From the IMG/VR virus record IMGVR_UViG_3300022745_000018, positions 1 to 64,000 of that record: DNA of 64,000 nucleotides. One strand, given 5' to 3'. Source of the DNA: a virus. The position numbers and the translations under genes are program-made. Every line of letters begins with the position of its first letter. Within the stretch, counting starts at the first letter, position 1. The notes under the pieces were generated by a model. That model had not been told where the DNA came from. It saw nothing but the letters and a program-made list of their open reading frames with translations, and ran no database searches. Below are positions 57,880-64,000 of the stretch, piece after piece.

Positions 57880-58562
57880 ACTTTCTAGATGGGCCATTCA
57901 CTAAAGGTGATGTAGAGATTCAAGAAGTGAATCTTGATAGGGATGATTCTGGTCCCTATCGCATTTACATTGACGAAGAAGGAAACAAATATGAGTCAGT
58001 GACATCGTTCATTGGTCGCTCAGATCCTTCTAAAGAAGCCAGTCTCCAAGCTTGGAAGAATGCAGTTGGGTTGGAAGAGGCTAATGCGATATCAGAAGCA
58101 GCAGCAACAAAGGGTACTGCAGTCCACCTTGCATGCGAACAGTACATCGCTGGGTTGCGATGGCAGGACATCTCGATGTTCTGCAAAGCAGACTTTCTAT
58201 CAATCAAGAAACTCTTGGATGCAAAACTGTCTAAAGTAATTGGATCTGAGTTGCGGATGTACTCGAAACGTCTTAAGCTGGCTGGTACGACGGACTTGCT
58301 GGCTTCCTGGGACAATGAGATCTCAATCATTGACTTCAAAACATCTGGTAGAATCAAGTACAAAGATGAGATTGATGGGTACTTTCTTCAGATGGCTGCG
58401 TATGCTGCAATGGCATACGAGATGTATGGGATTCGAGTCAAGCATTTAGTCGTTATCATGGCGGTAGATGGTGACCCCAATGCATATGAATACGCCGAGA
58501 CAGTCGGTTATTGGCTGAACAAATTGATAGAGCTTAGAAGGACATATCCAGCTCTCCAGTAA
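57876..58562 (+). CDS. PD-(D/E)xK exonuclease
   Basis: SVT, GT.VH...E, AGTTD, IIDFKT, Q.AAY. Confidence 0.85.
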   Translation: MNFLDGPFTKGDVEIQEVNLDRDDSGPYRIYIDEEGNKYESVTSFIGRSDPSKEASLQAWKNAVGLEEANAISEAAATKGTAVHLACEQYIAGLRWQDISMFCKADFLSIKKLLDAKLSKVIGSELRMYSKRLKLAGTTDLLASWDNEISIIDFKTSGRIKYKDEIDGYFLQMAAYAAMAYEMYGIRVKHLVVIMAVDGDPNAYEYAETVGYWLNKLIELRRTYPALQ

Positions 58563-58592
58563 CTATCGCGATGCTGTCGGTTAAATATATGC

Positions 58593-58865
58593 ATGACAGC
58601 AGTAACAAGATTGGGTGATTTATGCTCTGGTCACGGAGTTTGTTCACCTAGACCATCAACGTCTGGTTCTCCAGACGTCTTTGCGAATTCAAAACCAGTA
58701 CACAGACAACATGATCTGTGGGGACAGCACTGTCTACATACATCTGAACTTTCTGGTGGTTCGTCTACTGTTTTCGTTAATAGCCGTCCACTTGGACGTG
58801 TGGGTGATACTATAGCATGCGGGTCAACCGTCGCGAACGGTTCGCCAAATGTGTTCTCAGGGTAG
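58593..58865 (+). CDS. PAAR-repeat baseplate spike tip (gp5.4-like)
   Basis: RLGD.CSGH, GSPDVF.N, GRVGD...CG...GSPNVF. Confidence 0.9.
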   Translation: MTAVTRLGDLCSGHGVCSPRPSTSGSPDVFANSKPVHRQHDLWGQHCLHTSELSGGSSTVFVNSRPLGRVGDTIACGSTVANGSPNVFSG

Positions 58866-58868
58866 TAG

Positions 58869-59543
58869 ATGAAAAGAAACGAACTGGCTGAAGGTATCCA
58901 ACATTACCTAGGCAATCCTTTATTAAAAGCCGCTAGACAGCCGCTCCAATTTACCATGGAGCAAGCTAAGGAATATGCTAAGTGCGCCCGTGATCCGGTC
59001 TACTTCATTGAGAACTATGTAAGGATCGTTTCGCTGGACGAAGGTCTTGTTCTATTCAAGATGTATCCGTATCAGAAACGAATGATTCGTGCGATGCACC
59101 ATGGTCGAAAGGTCGTGGGTAAGATCTTTAGACAGGCTGGTAAATCCGCGATCTGCGCTGCATACATTTCTTGGTATATCACGTTCAATGGACACAAGAC
59201 AGCGGCCATCTTAGCAAACAAAGCATCGATTGCTAGGGAGATCTTCAGTAGGATTCAAGTCATTCTCGAGAACCTTCCTTTTTGGTTGCAGCAAGGTGTC
59301 TTGGAATGGAACAAGACATCGTTGGAATTAGAGAACGGTTCCAAGTGCTTTTGTGCAGCAAGTTCGCCTTCTTCTGTTAGGGGTAAGTCGATCAATCTAC
59401 TTTTTTGCGTCGCTGGTGAGACAAAAGTTCATCTTCGAAATAAACTAACTGGCGAAATTGTTGAAGTACCTATATCTGACTTGAAGGGTTTGCTTAGAAG
59501 AGAGGAGGAAGATGATGAAGGATTTTCAATTTCCCTCAATTAA
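58869..59543 (+). CDS. 17: terminase large subunit fragment 1 (N-extein, 179 aa) plus split intein-1 N-fragment (59406-59540)
   Basis: YLGNP.LK, DPVYF, RQAGKS Walker A, SVRG.S; followed by CVAGETKV intein block A and a stop. Confidence 0.92.
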   Translation: MKRNELAEGIQHYLGNPLLKAARQPLQFTMEQAKEYAKCARDPVYFIENYVRIVSLDEGLVLFKMYPYQKRMIRAMHHGRKVVGKIFRQAGKSAICAAYISWYITFNGHKTAAILANKASIAREIFSRIQVILENLPFWLQQGVLEWNKTSLELENGSKCFCAASSPSSVRGKSINLLFCVAGETKVHLRNKLTGEIVEVPISDLKGLLRREEEDDEGFSISLN

Positions 59544-60735
59544 AGAAACTGACGATTATCTAAGATTCATAGAAGAATGTATAGAACCAAACGAACATTG
59601 TGAAAAACATCACATATATCCAAAATCGATATTTGGTGACAATTCCTTCATAAAGAAGCTGTCATATAAAGATCACTTCTTTGCTCATTATTTGTTGGTT
59701 AAGCTATATGAAGCCGCTGGGATGAAATCTGAATACTTGAAGATGTCAAAAGCATTCTTTTCTTTCATTCGCTGCAATGAATATCGGTTATCTGAAATAT
59801 CATCGTATTCGGATGATGACATCACTGTGTTAGGGTGTCTATTTGAGGAAGCGAAAATTGAAAACTCTAAATCTTCAAACGGCGAAAACAATCCTTTTTA
59901 TGGTAAATCCCATTCGCCGGAAACTATTGAGAAAATACTGAATACAAAGAAGACACGTAATTCAATGAAATTTTGGACAAATGAGAAGAAAAAACGTCTA
60001 AGCGAAGTCCTCAAATCTCTACAAAATAAAAAGGTCATTTGGGTCACGAATGTTGAGACTAGAGAGAATCGTAGAGTATCTGAAAACGATCTTAACAACA
60101 TTTCAGATGAATGGGTTCTTGGTAGATATACATCAGATGAAGAGCGTCTGCACAGATCATACTCAGCCAAGGAATCCTCACATAATCTAACTTACGAATG
60201 GGTTCGCCGTGGAGATGAGCATGAATGGAGTGGCACCAAACACATAAAGTCGCTAGAGACTGGTGAAAATAGACGTCTAAAGATCAGTGATGAAATACCC
60301 AGTGGGTTTGTGTTAGGGCTCAATTTTTCGCAGTCTCATTTGGATAATCTTAGAATGGCGGCAAGTAAACGTAGAGGTAGACCACAACCTCACGTAATTG
60401 AGATCAATAAAAATCCATCCAAGATAAAGAAGACAGCTGATAAAAATCGCGGCACTACTCGCACAGAAAGTCAGAAATTAAAAATGAGTCTTGGGAGAAG
60501 AAAGTTTATCGCGAACGGGGGCAAAGCTTCGACTGCTGGTACGAAAAGATTGTTCAACAAATTATCTAAGAAGTTCGTATATGTACCTGCGAATGAAGTC
60601 TCCAATTCAATGAAAGAGAATTTGAATCTAACTGATGAAGCAGTAAGATTGGCGACGAACATGAATGGTGATAGATTGTATGTCTGTCAAACGGAAACAT
60701 TACCCAATGGATTTGAATATGTTCTTAGAAAATAA
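59512..60735 (+). mobile_element. free-standing HNH homing endonuclease (NUMOD3-type DNA-binding repeats) between the intein-1 halves
   Basis: EKHHIYPKS...H..AHYLL; GENNPFYGKSHS.ET; AT-rich; overlaps both flanking ORFs in another frame. Confidence 0.85.
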
Positions 60736-61411
60736 TGAATGGGAAGTTTTGACGGATGAAGGGTGGTCCGATTTTTCGGCTCTGAAGATAGGTCGGGGTG
60801 CATTCGTATCAATATCTTTCTCCAATCAAGAAAGCATAAGAGTCACCGCCGATCATTTGTTGATGACGGCTGATGGGTGGGTTGCTGCAAAAAACATCAA
60901 TGTTGGTGATAATGTAAAGTCCATAGATGGCTTCATCGATGTCATTTCAATAAATGATGGTGGCGAAGGTGAGACTTTCGATTTAGTCGGTGTAAAGAAG
61001 AATTCTAGGTATTTTACGAATGATGTTCTGTCACATAATTGCGACGAATTTGCCCACTTGGCTCCAAAATTAGCAGAAGAGTTTATTGCATCGGTTTTCC
61101 CGACGATCTCGTCGTCAATGGAATCGAAGCTGATTATCGTATCCACGCCAAAGGGTATGAATCAGTTTTACAAACTGTGGGTAGATGCTGAGAATGGGAA
61201 GAATGGCTTCATAACGGTTGAGGGTAAGTGGAGAGAACATCCCAAGAGAAACCAGAAATGGGCGGATGAGCAATTAGCAATTCTCGGGCCCGTCAAGTAC
61301 AAGCAAGAAGTGGAATGTCTTTGGGGAAAATCCAAAATAACATTAAGAGATGTTGTGACAGGGGAAATCTTGAATGTGTCTTTAGAAGAAGCATATGATC
61401 TAATTTGTTAA
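60707..61411 (+). CDS. 17: split intein-1 C-fragment plus terminase middle extein (61040-61315, 92 aa) plus split intein-2 N-fragment (61316-61408)
   Basis: VTADH block B, SHN|CDEFAH junction, IVSTPKGMNQFY, KQEVE|CLWGKSKI junction; start at 60707 or 60719. Confidence 0.92.
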   Translation: MDLNMFLENNEWEVLTDEGWSDFSALKIGRGAFVSISFSNQESIRVTADHLLMTADGWVAAKNINVGDNVKSIDGFIDVISINDGGEGETFDLVGVKKNSRYFTNDVLSHNCDEFAHLAPKLAEEFIASVFPTISSSMESKLIIVSTPKGMNQFYKLWVDAENGKNGFITVEGKWREHPKRNQKWADEQLAILGPVKYKQEVECLWGKSKITLRDVVTGEILNVSLEEAYDLIC

Positions 61412-61430
61412 ATACAAACAAAAAGATCAT

Positions 61431-62448
61431 ATGAGAGAACATACTTACATTGGAAATTTGCTTCGTAGTAGATATATTATAGTCGATGAATCGTATCTAA
61501 ATGAATATGTTGATTTGTGTTTATCAAAGGCTCTACCAACAAAGATTAGATTTGAAACGGAATGCCACCACATTCTACCTAAATGCAATAGGGCATTTCC
61601 TGAATTTAGAAAAGCAAAGTGGAATTTAGTTCACTTACGATTCGCTGATCACGTTCACGCTCACTATTTGTTGTATAAAGCAACACGTGCTGCAGAATTT
61701 GCCGCGGCGATGGTGTTTACTCTTGGCAATAGTTGCGCGTTTCCAAGAACTGATGCTGAATTGCTGGATATATTACCGATCATTGAGAAAATATGAATAC
61801 TCGCTATTCATGAATAGCGAGAGAAACCCTAACATTGGCTCAAAACGTTCGCTAGAGACCAAATTGAAAATGTCCATTGCACAAAAGGGTGTCAAGAGAG
61901 AATATGTAAAACGTATTTGGGTTCATAACTACATCGAAGATAAGATGGTGCAGGATGTTGAATTAAACGATTACATAAATGCTGGTTGGCAATTTGGCCG
62001 CACCGAAGCAACAAGAATGAAACTAGCAGACAGTAAATTAGGGACAAAGGACTCGGATGAGACTAGAATTAGAAAAAGTTTGGCGCAAAGCAAATATGCA
62101 AATTCCAGCGGTTCACACTTAAAGACATCTGAGTTTAGAGAATACCGCCGTAACATGTTCATTAAAAATAACCCATCATCATCTATGGAGGCGAGAGATA
62201 AAATTTCTGCTCGGATGAGAAAGCGCTGGGGTAATGATGATTATAGATCAAAAATGAGTGAAATGTTCTCTAACATAAACACGGGAAGTAAATTTTTCTA
62301 TAACATAGAAACAAAGGAATTTCGTAGATTTAAGCTAACAGACGAAATTCCACCAGGATTTCAAGATGCAACAGGTAAAACGCATTGGGTTAAAGATCAA
62401 AACGGAAAACGATTGAAAGTCATCGATGAAACGAAATTCACGGTTTGA
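61431..62448 (+). mobile_element. second HNH homing endonuclease between the intein-2 halves, with a +1 frameshift near 61790
   Basis: ECHHILPK...NLV.L...DH..AHYLL in 61431..61796; NUMOD3-like RSLETKLKMS and DSDETRIRKS in the next frame. Confidence 0.8.
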
Positions 62449-63562
62449 AATTCATGGCCCGCGTGGTTGGTGCAAGTTCGATGGGATTCGAAGAAAGAAG
62501 TCTTCGTCTTTATTAAAAATAGTTTTTGAAGATGGGGCACCATTAGTGTGCACTCGTGATCACCGATTCTTTATTGATGGCAAATTCATACAAGCCGCTA
62601 AAGTGCAAACCGGTAAGGAGATGAACGGGCGTGTTGTTCATGAAGTCGTGCCCATTGATGAATCGATGAGCGTCTACGACCCGGTTAACGTCGCTGATGG
62701 CAATGCGTATATTGCGGATTGTGTTGTTAACCACAATTGCAGTTTCGTCGGTTCGTCGAAGACACTGATTGATGGTGACAAGATTGCTCAGATCCCATTC
62801 ATTGAACCTTTACATGAAACGACCGACAACTTGAAGATGTATGAGGCGTCAATCCAAGGTCATTCGTATGTCTGTGCGGTTGACGTCTCTAGAGGTCAAC
62901 ACTTAGATAGTTCAGCGTTCATTATCTATGATGTGACGGTGATGCCATATAAGATCGTTGCTACGTTCAAGAATAATACGATATCCACACTGACTTACCC
63001 GTTCATGATCATCAATACATGTAAAGCATACAACGATGCCTACTGTCTGGTTGAGATCAATGATGCTGGTGGTGAAGTCGCCAATTCCATCTTCTACGAT
63101 AGTGAATATGCCAATGTCTATTGGACTCATAAGGACGACTTGGTAGAAGGTCTTGGATACCCTGGAGTTCGTTCCACGAAACGTGTAAAGGGCGTCGGTT
63201 GTTCAGTCTTGAAAGAATTGGTGGAACAGAACCAATTGATCGTGAATTCATATGACATCATCAATGAAATGAACAACTTCATTGCCAAGGGTGCATCGTA
63301 TGCAGCCGACGATACTCAGATCAATGATGACTTGATGACGTGTCTTTGGTTATTTGCGTGGCTGACAAAGCAACCGATGTTTGCTGACATCACCAATACG
63401 AACATCAGAGCAGTTCTGAATAGAAAGTATGAGGATTCTATTCTGGAAAGTCTGATTCCGTTTGGATACATTACTGATGGGACGGAAGAAAGTGCAGATC
63501 CAGTGACACACTTGGATCAGATGCGAACACCTGACCCAATGAAAGATTGGTTGTTAGGGTAA
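62426..63562 (+). CDS. 17: split intein-2 C-fragment (62426-62737, 104 aa) plus terminase C-extein / nuclease domain (274 aa)
   Basis: CTRDH block B, NHN|CSFVGSS.TLI junction, VDVSRG...DSSAF, VEIND, DDLMT. Confidence 0.92.
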   Translation: MKRNSRFEIHGPRGWCKFDGIRRKKSSSLLKIVFEDGAPLVCTRDHRFFIDGKFIQAAKVQTGKEMNGRVVHEVVPIDESMSVYDPVNVADGNAYIADCVVNHNCSFVGSSKTLIDGDKIAQIPFIEPLHETTDNLKMYEASIQGHSYVCAVDVSRGQHLDSSAFIIYDVTVMPYKIVATFKNNTISTLTYPFMIINTCKAYNDAYCLVEINDAGGEVANSIFYDSEYANVYWTHKDDLVEGLGYPGVRSTKRVKGVGCSVLKELVEQNQLIVNSYDIINEMNNFIAKGASYAADDTQINDDLMTCLWLFAWLTKQPMFADITNTNIRAVLNRKYEDSILESLIPFGYITDGTEESADPVTHLDQMRTPDPMKDWLLG

Positions 63563-63580
63563 CGAGTACCCTAACTTGGT

Positions 63581-64000
63581 TTAGGCTGTAGTTTCTTCAG
63601 CCATCAATGCAGCCAGTTCGGCCTGCAACTCATCGATGGTTTTGGTACCCAGCGATTCATTGCGTTTGGTTTCGATCAATTCCATGATCTTCTGTGCAGA
63701 AGCATTGCGATGGGCACGACGTTCAGCAGTGACTTTCTCGGCTTTCTTGATCTCGATGATCTCTTTCAAGACATCAAGAGCGATAGCCGATTCACGGTCA
63801 ACTTTCGTCGGTTCACCAGTGACGAACGAAGGAACCTCAGCGTCTTTGCGCTTCTTGAAGATTTCCATTGCAATGGAATCCAAACTGACACGACCACCTG
63901 AAGCAGTCAACGGCAGATCAAACAGATCTTCAACGGTCAAGATGCCTTTGGTTGTCGCAAAGCGAAGTTTCAAACGGGCTGCTTGCAAAAATACATTCAT
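63581..64000 (-). CDS. conserved hypothetical phage protein
   Basis: F.QA.RLKLRF...KG.L.VEDL.DLPL N-terminus and coiled-coil C-terminus. Confidence 0.7.
   Translation of the reverse strand: MNVFLQAARLKLRFATTKGILTVEDLFDLPLTASGGRVSLDSIAMEIFKKRKDAEVPSFVTGEPTKVDRESAIALDVLKEIIEIKKAEKVTAERRAHRNASAQKIMELIETKRNESLGTKTIDELQAELAALMAEETTA

Noticed and set aside
55619-58562. Type IV-like CRISPR system (DinG plus Cas4-like nuclease next to a non-coding region)
   Set aside because: No regularly spaced direct repeats and no Cas5/6/7-like ORFs; the nuclease lacks the Cas4 Cys cluster and such nucleases are common in T4-like phages.
59406-62737. Group I introns interrupting the terminase
   Set aside because: Junctions carry intein signatures (Cys1, TxxH, His-Asn followed by Cys) and there is almost no non-coding space for a ribozyme core.
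1-64000. tRNA or tmRNA genes
   Set aside because: No cloverleaf with T-loop and acceptor stem was recognised in the intergenic gaps by eye; a tRNA scanner would be needed to exclude them fully.

Overview
The window is a 64-kb segment of a large T4-superfamily myophage genome; a betaproteobacterial host is only inferred, from the thyA sequence. Positions 1-55,600 are coded almost entirely on the minus strand. That arm holds small early-type ORFs, an RlmN-like radical SAM enzyme, thyA, nrdAB, primase, uvsW/uvsY, the head-tail block (gp3, 23, 22, 21, 20, 19, 18, 16, 15, 14, 13) with a lysis cassette inside it, the replisome (gp41, uvsX, gp43, gp62/44/45, regA, hsp20) and a hydroxymethylcytosine-type DNA hypermodification cluster. 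A structured non-coding gap of about 600 bp separates this from a plus-strand arm (DinG-like helicase, PD-(D/E)xK nuclease, PAAR, terminase). The main finding is the large terminase gene, broken into three ORFs by two atypically split inteins, each with a free-standing HNH endonuclease gene between its halves. The enzyme (about 545 aa) would have to be built by double protein trans-splicing, and the middle piece has IntC-extein-IntN geometry, so the two intein pairs should be orthogonal. Also notable are prohead-core proteins loaded with about 21 copies of a 24-aa HRDGDKPA repeat between putative gp21 cleavage sites, a sugar/polyol-activation plus glycosyltransferase plus atypical C5-methyltransferase cluster, a promoter class with an ACTACATG box exactly 13 bp from the -10 element, a ROSE-like thermometer before hsp20, and a candidate ncRNA or origin of about 330 nt. 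All calls come from motif recognition by eye; no searches were run.
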